A DNA stretch of 56,877 nucleotides from a virus: IMG/VR virus record IMGVR_UViG_3300048928_000366, positions 1-56,877 of that record. One strand, given 5' to 3'. The notes beneath the pieces are model-generated. The model saw only the letters and a list, made by a program, of their open reading frames with translations. It ran no database searches and was not told the origin of the DNA. Made by a program: the position numbers and the translations under genes. Shown piece by piece: positions 26,834-35,317 of the stretch. How positions within the stretch are numbered: the stretch's first letter is position 1; each line of letters opens with the position of its first letter.

Positions 26834-27007
26834 GTTTCCCGATTGTTTTGTTCTGGTTATACATGGTGGCTCTGAATTAGAATAACTTTGGTCATTCAAA
26901 AGATATGTGTCTTGTAGCCTGTCGAATAACACTAAACAATACCTACATATATCCCAGTGTTTGGTTCCAGGGAATTTTTCCCATTCATGTTGCTGTACTG
27001 TCTCCAT
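26816..27007 (-). CDS. Small Cys-containing protein, paralog of 27207-27428
   Basis: Shares HEWE...C.YC...PPCITR with the neighbouring ORF. Confidence 0.45.
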   Translation of the reverse strand: METVQQHEWEKFPGTKHWDICRYCLVLFDRLQDTYLLNDQSYSNSEPPCITRTKQSGNKKAPG

Positions 27008-27010
27008 CTG

Positions 27011-27232
27011 TTAACCCTCCCATGCATTTGTAGGATATTTATCCGGATTCTTTAATATGTGATGAACCTTTTTCACATCTTTCATGTGAAAGCCTTGTGA
27101 CTTGATCAATCCAATGAACTTTCCCTCGCTGTTATATTGCTCCTTCGTAAGCCATAAGTCAGGCAGATCATGAAACTCTATGATAACAGTAGGGATTAAT
27201 TCTCCCTTAGTGTCCGATTTGTACTTGCTCAT
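27011..27232 (-). CDS. Hypothetical protein
   Basis: 73-aa ORF, tightly spaced. Confidence 0.5.
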   Translation of the reverse strand: MSKYKSDTKGELIPTVIIEFHDLPDLWLTKEQYNSEGKFIGLIKSQGFHMKDVKKVHHILKNPDKYPTNAWEG

Positions 27233-27428
27233 CTGTTTGTGTTTTACGGGTGATGCATTTGGGTGGAATGCCTAATAGGTGATTATAATTTTCATTACTG
27301 TAAATCGGCCTGGCATTTGAACACATTTTCTTTGTTGGGCAATACTTACACTGATAGACAACCACATCTCCCTGTGTATACGCATACTCCCACTCATGCT
27401 TTGTTATCTGTCCTTTCTGTGGCATCAT
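27207..27428 (-). CDS. Small Cys-containing protein, paralog of 26816-27007
   Basis: HEWEYAY...CKYC...PPKCITRK. Confidence 0.5.
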   Translation of the reverse strand: MMPQKGQITKHEWEYAYTQGDVVVYQCKYCPTKKMCSNARPIYSNENYNHLLGIPPKCITRKTQTDEQVQIGH

Positions 27429-27672
27429 TCAGAGCTTTTTGTACATCTTCAAATTGCCCGGCATTTATAACCAAGCAAATAACTATATGAGTGTTTTGCA
27501 GTCCAGACATTTGCTTCCGTATCATTCTCCCTGTCTCATCATCAATACCAAATGTTAACAGACTTCCCTGCTTTACTGATTTACATTCAACGAGCGTATT
27601 AGACAACCGGATGTCTTTACCTTCGTCGGCCATAAGGCCCATAGCCTTGAACTTAATCTCGTTTGGCTTCAT
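27394..27672 (-). CDS. Hypothetical protein
   Basis: ATG at 27672 (TAATG overlap with the upstream stop) is preferred over the longer ORF-track start at 27747. Confidence 0.5.
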   Translation of the reverse strand: MKPNEIKFKAMGLMADEGKDIRLSNTLVECKSVKQGSLLTFGIDDETGRMIRKQMSGLQNTHIVICLVINAGQFEDVQKALNDATERTDNKA

Positions 27673-27908
27673 TACTCTTCCTCCTTTTCCGGGATGTACC
27701 CGTTTTGTTTGAGATAATCGTCTATTGAAAACCCGTTCACGTACCATAGTTCAGCGTCTGTACAAAGCTTTATTAGTGCCTCTGCCTGCATGGCTATTAC
27801 CGCTTGATAAACCTCATATAGTTGCTCATCATTCAGCATCTTGTCATCGATGCTGGTGTGAACAGTTAATGTATTGGCTACTTCTTCTATTCTTTCTTCG
27901 TACGTCAT
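27672..27908 (-). CDS. Hypothetical acidic protein
   Basis: ATG at 27908 overlaps the upstream TAA. 78 aa. Confidence 0.5.
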   Translation of the reverse strand: MTYEERIEEVANTLTVHTSIDDKMLNDEQLYEVYQAVIAMQAEALIKLCTDAELWYVNGFSIDDYLKQNGYIPEKEEE

Positions 27909-28198
27909 TATTCGCCGGTTTTTGATGGTGATGGAATAAGGCCGCGTTTCATCAGATACTCGTTCTTTCCTTCCTCTGTCCATGCATAATTGTCCATCCA
28001 TGCGATCAACTCTTTAACCGTCTCCGCGACCATTGCGCGGGCTTTACTTATGTTTCTATCAACTGTAATATTCCATGCATCACGACATGAATTACTTACA
28101 TCTAACTTTGCTAAAGCCCAATTCGGAAACTCAATATTGGCCAGTATCTCAGCTATCCGCCGTACTTCCTGATCATGCGCGTCGTTTTGTGTGCTCAT
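27908..28198 (-). CDS. Hypothetical protein
   Basis: 96-aa ORF. Its ATG overlaps the TGA of the 28195-28332 ORF. Confidence 0.5.
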   Translation of the reverse strand: MSTQNDAHDQEVRRIAEILANIEFPNWALAKLDVSNSCRDAWNITVDRNISKARAMVAETVKELIAWMDNYAWTEEGKNEYLMKRGLIPSPSKTGE

Positions 28199-28332
28199 GG
28201 TGTTTGATTGTTTTTAAATTTAACGATGATGCCTACGCATGGTACCGGAAAAATGTACAGCCACTTCTTTTTCTTGTCCCAAAAGAAGCCGATCCATAAG
28301 TCATACCATGCGAAGAGAAGGGATATCTTCAT
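28195..28332 (-). CDS. Small membrane protein (WYDLWIGFFWD...LYIFPVP type), below the ORF-track cutoff
   Basis: My own translation gives MKISLLFAWYDLWIGFFWDKKKKWLYIFPVPCVGIIVKFKNNQTP. ATGA coupling to the next gene. Confidence 0.55.
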   Translation of the reverse strand: MKISLLFAWYDLWIGFFWDKKKKWLYIFPVPCVGIIVKFKNNQTP

Positions 28333-28363
28333 GCTATCGCGTATCCCCGCCGGGCTGGTTTAG

Positions 28364-28594
28364 CTAATTTCTATTTTTCAACTCCGATTCAAGGTCCTTA
28401 ATCCAGTCTGTAATGAGCTGTGTGTTGCCATCACCTGATAATTGATCCGCCTCTGTGCCTGTCTTTGCAAATTGCCCTCCCTCTATTGCGTCTGGCACAC
28501 TTTGATTCTTTTCACAATAGATGAAATTATGTTCTGATTCCTGTGCATCTTTAAGTTTATTGATAAGACGATTGAGTTGTATTACGTAATCCAT
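28364..28594 (-). CDS. Hypothetical protein
   Basis: 76-aa ORF. Confidence 0.5.
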   Translation of the reverse strand: MDYVIQLNRLINKLKDAQESEHNFIYCEKNQSVPDAIEGGQFAKTGTEADQLSGDGNTQLITDWIKDLESELKNRN

Positions 28595-28596
28595 CG

Positions 28597-28935
28597 TTAT
28601 GGCTTGAAGCTTAAAAGGCTGTCAGGAGTCGCGCACCAGTGGGTGATATGCTTTGTGTTGAATGACCCGTCAAAGTATATTAAATCGTAGTGTAATTCAA
28701 CCTTGACGCATCGGATTATCACCGGTTGGTTAAGTTCCGGTAGGCGTTCCGTTACAGGTATCCACTTTGGTTGCGCCCATTCGGCCCCGGCGATGAACCC
28801 ATCACGGAAATTAGATTCACAAAATCCCTTACGCATCTCCCAATCAGGCCCTTTAATAGCAGACGATTCTGGATAATGATGTTCCGAATGTCTTAGACAC
28901 GCTGCCTCGGATGCTTCCTGTATTGTCTGGTTCAT
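28597..28935 (-). CDS. DUF551-like phage protein
   Basis: KWIPVTERLPELNQPVII resembles the DUF551 core, recognised by eye only. Confidence 0.4.
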   Translation of the reverse strand: MNQTIQEASEAACLRHSEHHYPESSAIKGPDWEMRKGFCESNFRDGFIAGAEWAQPKWIPVTERLPELNQPVIIRCVKVELHYDLIYFDGSFNTKHITHWCATPDSLLSFKP

Positions 28936-29108
28936 GAGAAAAGTTCTTCTTTTGATACAACAATCTTGTTTTTGTCCTGATACTTCTTAAGACGTTCCAT
29001 GACTTTAAAACTTTCCTTTTCAGTCATGAAGCCGGACAAATAAAGCATTTGTCTTGCCTTGAATGACTGAATGAGTATTTGCTTATTTTCGTCGTTCTTC
29101 TTTGCCAT
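28932..29108 (-). CDS. Small hypothetical protein (58 aa, below the ORF-track cutoff)
   Basis: My own translation gives MAKKNDENKQILIQSF...KEELFS. ATGA overlap downstream. The start is 1 nt after the upstream stop. Confidence 0.5.
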   Translation of the reverse strand: MAKKNDENKQILIQSFKARQMLYLSGFMTEKESFKVMERLKKYQDKNKIVVSKEELFS

Positions 29109-29109
29109 C

Positions 29110-29373
29110 TTACTCGCTCTCCGGGTTTACACCTCCGGCGGTGGTTAGTGATATTATGAATTGCTCAATGTCGTCCTGTAAACATTCAGGCAGAGAGACG
29201 CTGTTAGCGCGATTAAGCAATTTTTTTGCCCTTTCAAGGGATGTTTCCAGCTCCTTTATGTACGGCTGGTTCTCCCTTTTCTGGGTCTCCAGCGCCTGCG
29301 TGAGGGCTGTAACCTGGAGTTTCAGTTCCGCGTTTTCGGCCTGGAGCTGTGCGTTTATGCAGTTATTGCACAT
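29110..29373 (-). CDS. Coiled-coil protein
   Basis: 87 aa with heptad-like Leu/Glu/Lys composition. Confidence 0.5.
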   Translation of the reverse strand: MCNNCINAQLQAENAELKLQVTALTQALETQKRENQPYIKELETSLERAKKLLNRANSVSLPECLQDDIEQFIISLTTAGGVNPESE

Positions 29374-29385
29374 GATTTGCTGATT

Positions 29386-29694
29386 TTAAAATGGTAAACA
29401 GGAGTGATGTTTGTGTTTCGTTTTCCACCAGAGGATTCTCCTTATTTTACCGCAATCTGAGCAACGATCAAAGAGATGGCTGCGAATCATTTTCCAGTAT
29501 AAAGAGACATAGAACCAAATCCATTTTCTGAATGTCTTCAGTGTAAACTGCCACTTGTTGAATTCTTCATCTACTGTCTGGTAATACTCATCCCAATACT
29601 CGTGAGCGTGGCATCTGGTACAGTAATGATAACCTCCGTCCGTATGTTCTGAGATCTTATGTCCAAGTAAAAAGCACTTACAGTTTATTTTCAT
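29386..29694 (-). CDS. Zinc-finger protein
   Basis: Has CTRCH and CSDCG motifs. The CAGTGAACA element abuts the ATG. Confidence 0.5.
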   Translation of the reverse strand: MKINCKCFLLGHKISEHTDGGYHYCTRCHAHEYWDEYYQTVDEEFNKWQFTLKTFRKWIWFYVSLYWKMIRSHLFDRCSDCGKIRRILWWKTKHKHHSCLPF

Positions 29695-29739
29695 TGTTCA
29701 CTGATTTGTTGAAAGAAGGGGAGGCTATGCTCCCGCTTC

Positions 29740-30408
29740 TTATGGTTTTTCGTACACGGTCACTTGCTTCGCCTGCGGTTTTACTTCGTAGGGGTCGTTA
29801 TCCCAATCTGATCCGTGGTGAGATTGGTAGTAACCATCGATGCGCATATAAACGTTATGCTGTGCGAAATGAAATACGTGGCCGATGTCATCTCCCTGTC
29901 CTTCTCCGCCCCAGTCTTTCACCATTTCAACGGTGCCAATGCCTTCTATTTCATCCTCCTCTTCGAGTCCGTCACCAATTTTCTCATTATCCCAACCACC
30001 CATGCGTAAGGCTCCTAAGATCTGTTCGAACGTCAACTTGGCTGATACTGAAGGCGTTTCGCCTGATTCGCTGGTATAGACAACCTGCTCCACTGTTTTA
30101 GGAAAAACCTCGAAAGGAATACCCTTCCACTCTTTACCGCCATAGGAGTCATAGAGTCCGTTTATCTGGACATAAACATTGTCTGGCTGGATGTGTAGGA
30201 CTTTGAAGATTTGTTCTTCATAGCCTTGGAAGCCATCGATATCCTGAAGAATCTTTTCAACTTCTTCATTGCTTTTCTCGAATACAACTGCCACCTGCTT
30301 GTCGAGCATTTTGGACAGTTCTTCCGGGCTGTTTTCTCCCAGCTGCTCAACGGTTATTTTCTTGTCAACCAGCAGTTGAAAGAACCCCATGAATTTTTCT
30401 GATGCCAT
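29740..30408 (-). CDS. Acidic protein with an internal ~40-aa duplication
   Basis: Repeats are HIQPDNVYVQINGLYDSYGGKEW...EVFPK and HFAQHNVYMRIDGYYQSHHGSDW...EVKPQ. Asp/Glu-rich. Confidence 0.5.
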   Translation of the reverse strand: MASEKFMGFFQLLVDKKITVEQLGENSPEELSKMLDKQVAVVFEKSNEEVEKILQDIDGFQGYEEQIFKVLHIQPDNVYVQINGLYDSYGGKEWKGIPFEVFPKTVEQVVYTSESGETPSVSAKLTFEQILGALRMGGWDNEKIGDGLEEEDEIEGIGTVEMVKDWGGEGQGDDIGHVFHFAQHNVYMRIDGYYQSHHGSDWDNDPYEVKPQAKQVTVYEKP

Positions 30409-31144
30409 TTTCGATTTGGTTTTTGTAGTTTATTAAAGGCCGGTCTAAGTGCCGGAAATTCTCCAGGATGAAAAGCGCTTCCCACATCGGCGCGTGGCTC
30501 ATTATGAACTTCTTCAGCATCCAGTAATAAGACGCTTTGTATGATCTGTTTCCCATACGTTCATACGCCATGACGTATACCTCTTCCCGAACCAGGTCGC
30601 ACTTCTCATTGAATGATAATGCGCTAAATTTATCCTCCGATACATCCACCTCGGCGCCATCCTTTAGCACCTTCTGATAGGTAGGTGAAGGATTAATAAG
30701 TGTGTGTAGCCAGTCATGGTCATGCGGGCAGGAAACCGCATTGTTGAAGAAGTCTTCTGCACTCATTGCCAGCTGAGAGCGTTTGTTTTTTCCATGCCAT
30801 TCGTTCCAGTAGTCATACAAACGGTCGAATAGTGGCCGGATGATCTTACAGCCTCTAGCGAACAGAAAGCATATATCGTGCATGTGCTTATCCCAATTTA
30901 TGTTCCAGAAGATATGAGAGCACTTAAGCGTCAGAAGAACATCAGCAGTTACACCATTTAATACCAGATAGTCGTATAATGGCTGGCAGTGTAAAAGCTC
31001 CACTCGTGTTGTTAAGTTGTGCTCTGTCCGGGTATCATCCGAATGGATCAACAGGTCTATATCCTTCGGCTCCCGTGAGAAGTCCGGGAACAGTTCCTTC
31101 AATGCCCTGCTGCCTATGGTGTAAGTTTTATATCTGTTTTCCAT
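30365..31144 (-). CDS. Putative nucleotidyltransferase-fold protein with HD-like His/Asp clusters
   Basis: IGSRAL-x15-KDIDLL fits the minimal NTase G[SG]...DxD pattern. HMHD and HDHD clusters lie downstream. Confidence 0.35.
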   Translation of the reverse strand: MENRYKTYTIGSRALKELFPDFSREPKDIDLLIHSDDTRTEHNLTTRVELLHCQPLYDYLVLNGVTADVLLTLKCSHIFWNINWDKHMHDICFLFARGCKIIRPLFDRLYDYWNEWHGKNKRSQLAMSAEDFFNNAVSCPHDHDWLHTLINPSPTYQKVLKDGAEVDVSEDKFSALSFNEKCDLVREEVYVMAYERMGNRSYKASYYWMLKKFIMSHAPMWEALFILENFRHLDRPLINYKNQIENGIRKIHGVLSTAG

Positions 31145-31781
31145 TGTTAGTGATTGAAGATTGAGGAATGTTCCTTTCAGCCCTTCGTGGCTTCATGTCC
31201 CAGTGATAGTCCAGGTTATAATTATGTGAATTTCCTTCCAGGTCGTATTTGTCCCGGGAGAATGATATCTTGACGAATGTCCGCAGGTTAGGAGCTGTAA
31301 TGTCCTGTACCTTGTGTATACAATATTGATTAAGGCGCAAAAGGCTGCCGTCAGGATAGCGGCGTTCGTTCGCTGACAGGGCCTGCTGCTCCATTTCAAT
31401 CAATGATAGCTGATCATCCGGCGTGATCATGAATCGAGAGTCATTGAAGATGGTACCCAGGCAATCAGACCAGATGTAATTTATGTCGTCAGTCATGAAG
31501 CCATCTGAATGGTATCCAGGACGATTGTACGGACGGCCAGGGAGGTTGAATAACCGTTTCGCGGTGATGTAAACGTATGTGTTCAGGTAAGCATCCGATC
31601 CAAACGTCTCATGGAAGTCCTGTAACGCGATGTCCAAAAGGCTGTCGAAACAGGAAAGGCGCTGCTCAGTCTCTACCGCCACCTGGCCAGATAGCTTTAC
31701 CGGCAGGTATTGGTAGAACATCATCTCTTTACAAGCTACATGGTATGTGCCCAGTGATACTGGTAATTCACCGTACTTCAT
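31128..31781 (-). CDS. Putative Fe(II)/2-oxoglutarate-dependent oxygenase
   Basis: GYHSDGF (HxD) ... CIHKVQDITAPNLRTFVKISF (H-x10-R) fits the facial triad plus 2OG-binding Arg spacing. Confidence 0.4.
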   Translation of the reverse strand: MKYGELPVSLGTYHVACKEMMFYQYLPVKLSGQVAVETEQRLSCFDSLLDIALQDFHETFGSDAYLNTYVYITAKRLFNLPGRPYNRPGYHSDGFMTDDINYIWSDCLGTIFNDSRFMITPDDQLSLIEMEQQALSANERRYPDGSLLRLNQYCIHKVQDITAPNLRTFVKISFSRDKYDLEGNSHNYNLDYHWDMKPRRAERNIPQSSITNNGKQI

Positions 31782-32064
31782 TGTATGACTTTATTATGTT
31801 TTCAAAAACGTACAAGCAAAGTTCCTGGCCTATGAATATTTTACATGTCCCCAAGTAGTATAAGTGTGCAAGAGGTGTTATAATCTCCTGGCCGGTCTTG
31901 TAGCATTCAAAATGACGGGTCATTAGTTCGTTGTCGGTATCATGAATCGCCCAGAGGAATGAATTGCCATCCACTGTATCAACACGAATAATCAACGCAT
32001 GCTTTGGAAGATCAATCGAAAATTTATCCTTAAATGGGATAGGATACTTATAAATTGTTTTCAT
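31768..32064 (-). CDS. Hypothetical protein
   Basis: 98-aa ORF overlapping both neighbours. Confidence 0.5.
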   Translation of the reverse strand: MKTIYKYPIPFKDKFSIDLPKHALIIRVDTVDGNSFLWAIHDTDNELMTRHFECYKTGQEIITPLAHLYYLGTCKIFIGQELCLYVFENIIKSYNEVR

Positions 32065-32414
32065 TGTTCCTTTTTAAGTCGTGATAGTTTAAATCCTTTC
32101 CTTACTGCCCAGTCATGATGTCTTTCCACATAACCATTGCACGGATTGCAGCAGCAAATCATGTTGTCTGTGTTAAGCAAATCTTCGATTGTTGCCTTAC
32201 CTTTAAGGTGATGCATGCCTTGAGACATGCCTGTACACTCAGGAGATCGGATCTTACACGGTACGCCCTGCCAGAGTGGTCGAGTCTTCGCGGAATACTC
32301 CCGGTTTGCCCGCTGCCGCTTCTTCGAGTACTGCGCGATCTTGTACCGCTTCTTCTGCTTGGGCGGCTTGCTTTCCAGTTTAAGTTTCTTCCGGTATTGC
32401 AGGTAGTCGCTCAT
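32061..32414 (-). CDS. NinG/Rap-like or HNH-type nuclease
   Basis: Basic N-terminus, then C..C...HHLKG...CCCNPCN...HH pattern. Confidence 0.4.
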   Translation of the reverse strand: MSDYLQYRKKLKLESKPPKQKKRYKIAQYSKKRQRANREYSAKTRPLWQGVPCKIRSPECTGMSQGMHHLKGKATIEDLLNTDNMICCCNPCNGYVERHHDWAVRKGFKLSRLKKEQ

Positions 32415-32417
32415 TGT

Positions 32418-32741
32418 TCACCGTGTTTTGCCAAATAAGAATTCGTGATCTGTTCCTTTCTGTTGATGGTAGGCCAACCGTCTGTCAAAATCATTCTGAC
32501 CGCTAAATTCCAGCGCCATTTCTACCAGCTTGCTGATCCAATACTCAACCTTTTTGTTTCGTGCCCTAAAGCACTCGCACCGGTCGGTGTCAGTCACGGT
32601 GAATCGGATACCAGTTTCAGGCCCTATACACTGTCCTCCGAACAAGTCTCTATCAACCATAAATTGACAGTTACAGCAGGTGTCGAGTTGGTCAATCTGC
32701 TCCCAGGCATCCTCATAACTGTAGGCTAATCGGGGCTTCAT
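32418..32741 (-). CDS. Hypothetical Cys-rich protein
   Basis: 107-aa ORF. The CAGTGAACA element abuts the ATG. Confidence 0.5.
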   Translation of the reverse strand: MKPRLAYSYEDAWEQIDQLDTCCNCQFMVDRDLFGGQCIGPETGIRFTVTDTDRCECFRARNKKVEYWISKLVEMALEFSGQNDFDRRLAYHQQKGTDHEFLFGKTR

Positions 32742-32781
32742 TGTTCACTGTTTACGAGCTTATCCAGCTCTTTGATCACTG

Positions 32782-33198
32782 TTATGTTTCCTTTATCGTT
32801 ATCCCGTGCACCTTCTTCATTAGCCGGCGCTTCTTGATGTATTCCTGTGTCCTGTGCCCTTTGCAGTCCTCAACAATCGTTTCCCCAGTTTCGACGACGA
32901 TGTAAACGAAGTCGGCGATATACTTGAGTGAATGGGTACCTCCTGTATTCAGCTCGTATTCAACCTGCAGGCGAAGCATTCCTATGAACCCTTTTTTCAG
33001 GAGAAACAGTAACTTGCTGTATCGCTTTGCCTCTCGTTCACTGTCGAACGTGATCCCGTTAACCACTGTCTTCTTATTGCCATACTTTGATCGTCCGTTC
33101 TTCTTTACCGGCTTCTCTGCCTCCTCAAACACCTTCTGGTTTAAGTGAGCTACCTTGCTACGCTTCAGCTCCGACAGGGTCATCGTTGACTTTTTCAT
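32782..33198 (-). CDS. DUF1064-family protein (putative Holliday-junction resolvase-like nuclease)
   Basis: KYGNKKTVVNGITFDSEREAKRY...YIADFVY...ED.KG is the DUF1064 signature as I recall it. Confidence 0.6.
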   Translation of the reverse strand: MKKSTMTLSELKRSKVAHLNQKVFEEAEKPVKKNGRSKYGNKKTVVNGITFDSEREAKRYSKLLFLLKKGFIGMLRLQVEYELNTGGTHSLKYIADFVYIVVETGETIVEDCKGHRTQEYIKKRRLMKKVHGITIKET

Positions 33199-33931
33199 CG
33201 AAGTCGTTTAGGTCTGAAATAGTGATTTCTATATCCCTTATTTTGTGTAGCCCTCGATAGTACGAGCTTTCAATCCTTAGTATCTTCGCGGAAGCGTATT
33301 TCGATTTGAGCATGCCCTCTATAAGCCGGATATTGTTTTCGGTCATGCCAGCGTAAAATGAGTTAGGCGAATCGCTAACAATATCAAACCCTTTGGAAGA
33401 AAACTCCGCAGCTCTATCCTTTGCCTCTTTCTCCGTAGCCTCATTGTAATAGTCTTCTGAGATATGCCCGGATAACTTTGCACTAAGTCCATGGTATTTT
33501 CTGAAGGTAATATCCTGAGAAAATCCAAGTCCCTCAGTATTCCACCAGCGGGAAAACTCATCATCAATGTTTTTAATTCTTTCCCGCAGATCCTCGTTAG
33601 TAACCTTATTACCGAGCATAGCACGCAATGCGCGGTTTTCTTGGTTCACTGACCGGATTTCCTTGTTGCTATCATCCCTCATCTGTTTTATCATACCCTC
33701 TATACCCATCGAGCAAGTAATCTCCTGACAATATGTTTCAAGGCAGTAGGCAAGTGTGTTTTTGAAGCCCAATGTCATTTCTCCTTTTTCTTCCTGTTCC
33801 TGGAAGGTCTTTATAGCCATCACAAAGTTTCCAAGCGCTTCTTTGAACTTCTTCCTCCCAGATTCGTCGAACTGGAATGGTGTAGCATCTTCCGTGATTG
33901 CTGACATTGACGGTAATTGTCTTTCCTGCAT
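33158..33931 (-). CDS. Hypothetical protein
   Basis: 257-aa ORF downstream of dnaB. Confidence 0.55.
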   Translation of the reverse strand: MQERQLPSMSAITEDATPFQFDESGRKKFKEALGNFVMAIKTFQEQEEKGEMTLGFKNTLAYCLETYCQEITCSMGIEGMIKQMRDDSNKEIRSVNQENRALRAMLGNKVTNEDLRERIKNIDDEFSRWWNTEGLGFSQDITFRKYHGLSAKLSGHISEDYYNEATEKEAKDRAAEFSSKGFDIVSDSPNSFYAGMTENNIRLIEGMLKSKYASAKILRIESSYYRGLHKIRDIEITISDLNDFDEKVNDDPVGAEA

Positions 33932-33940
33932 TTGTTTTTG

Positions 33941-35317
33941 TTAAAAAGGTGAATCGTTTGGTTCTGAATAGTTTTGTATCGGCTTCCAGTTACCCGGGAT
34001 CGGCGTGTCATACCCTGGTTTATTAAACCTCATAAAGTTGCCATCGAATTCAAGTTGCACAGTATCCTTTGCACCGTCCCGGTTCTTTGCTACCTTGGCG
34101 TTTACCGTTTTAACTGCACCGAACTGCTCATTATCTGTTTCTTCTGGGGTTAGGAACAGGACAATGTCGGCGTCCTGTTCAATGGCTCCAGATTCTCTCA
34201 GATCGGAAAGAACTGGTTCCTTCCGGCCTCCCTTCTCAATATCACGGCTCATTTGTGATAGAGCGATCACTGGCACACCCAGGTCTTTCGCCATCCCTTT
34301 CAGCTCTCTGGATATCCCAGCAATAACTTGCTCTCTGTTACTTGGTTTCGAATTCTTCGCAGATCCAATTAACTGAAGATAATCTACCATCACACCGTCC
34401 AGCCCGTGCCGAAACTTCATCTGCGTACATTTGCTATGTAGGACCTGGACCGACTGGGAAAAGCTGTCGTCTATGTAGATCGGTAGCTTTGCAAGGTTGG
34501 CCGCAGCATCGTTGAGTATATCCCATTCGTGCATCTGCAGGTGGTTCCTTTGGATCTTCGCGAAGTGAAGACCTGATACAGCCGCCAGGTTACGCTGCAG
34601 AATTTTGTTAGCACTCATTTCTAACGAGAAGAAAGCCATCTTTTTCTGCTTACTGGCCGAATACCGCATTGTCTGCAGGGCGAAAGCTGTTTTCCCGCAC
34701 GAAGGCCGCGCAGCAATGATCACCAACTCCTGTGGCTTGAACCCATAGAAAATGTTGTCTAAATCCGCAAGGCCTGTCTCAATTCCTGAAACTACGTCCG
34801 GCTTTAGTGATTCGATATATCGCAATGTTCCAGTAATTAATCGATCAATCCCGATTAATCCTCCCTGCATGGTGCCTGCCAATAGATTTGTCAGGTCCGT
34901 CTGCAGTTCGTTGATCATCTCGAAGGGATCTTGTGCCCAATCACCAGCGGTTCCGTATGCTTTACCTGCCATTTTCTGTACCTCGCGGGAGAGATATAGT
35001 TCGGCGAGTTTTGCCATATGTACCTCTAAGTTGGCAGAGCTTACAACATCCCTCGTGTATCCGGCCAGCTCACCAGCGGTAATAAGGTGCTCATTTTTCG
35101 ACTTTCTTATCTCTGTCCATATCGTTGTGAGGTCTATTGGTATCCCTGCCTTATATGCCTTTAAAATCGCACTTGCAGTCACTTCGTTCTGTCCCACATA
35201 GAACATCTCCGGTCTAAAGAGAGAGCCAACACGGGCAATTGCTGATTTTTCAAGTAGAATGGCGCCCAAAACAACTCTTTCCAAGTCTTTGTCGAATAGT
35301 ACGTTCGCTTGTGTCAT
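33941..35317 (-). CDS. dnaB: Replicative DNA helicase (DnaB family)
   Basis: Has DnaB N-terminal region, Walker A AARPSCGKTAF, and the motifs SLEMS, DYLQL, ALSQMSR. Confidence 0.9.
   Translation of the reverse strand: MTQANVLFDKDLERVVLGAILLEKSAIARVGSLFRPEMFYVGQNEVTASAILKAYKAGIPIDLTTIWTEIRKSKNEHLITAGELAGYTRDVVSSANLEVHMAKLAELYLSREVQKMAGKAYGTAGDWAQDPFEMINELQTDLTNLLAGTMQGGLIGIDRLITGTLRYIESLKPDVVSGIETGLADLDNIFYGFKPQELVIIAARPSCGKTAFALQTMRYSASKQKKMAFFSLEMSANKILQRNLAAVSGLHFAKIQRNHLQMHEWDILNDAAANLAKLPIYIDDSFSQSVQVLHSKCTQMKFRHGLDGVMVDYLQLIGSAKNSKPSNREQVIAGISRELKGMAKDLGVPVIALSQMSRDIEKGGRKEPVLSDLRESGAIEQDADIVLFLTPEETDNEQFGAVKTVNAKVAKNRDGAKDTVQLEFDGNFMRFNKPGYDTPIPGNWKPIQNYSEPNDSPF

Noticed and set aside
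29694-30101. 135-aa plus-strand ORF (and 29815-30079 variants)
   Set aside because: It is antisense to the acidic duplicated-domain gene. Its Arg/Pro/Leu-rich translation is typical of a reverse-frame artefact.
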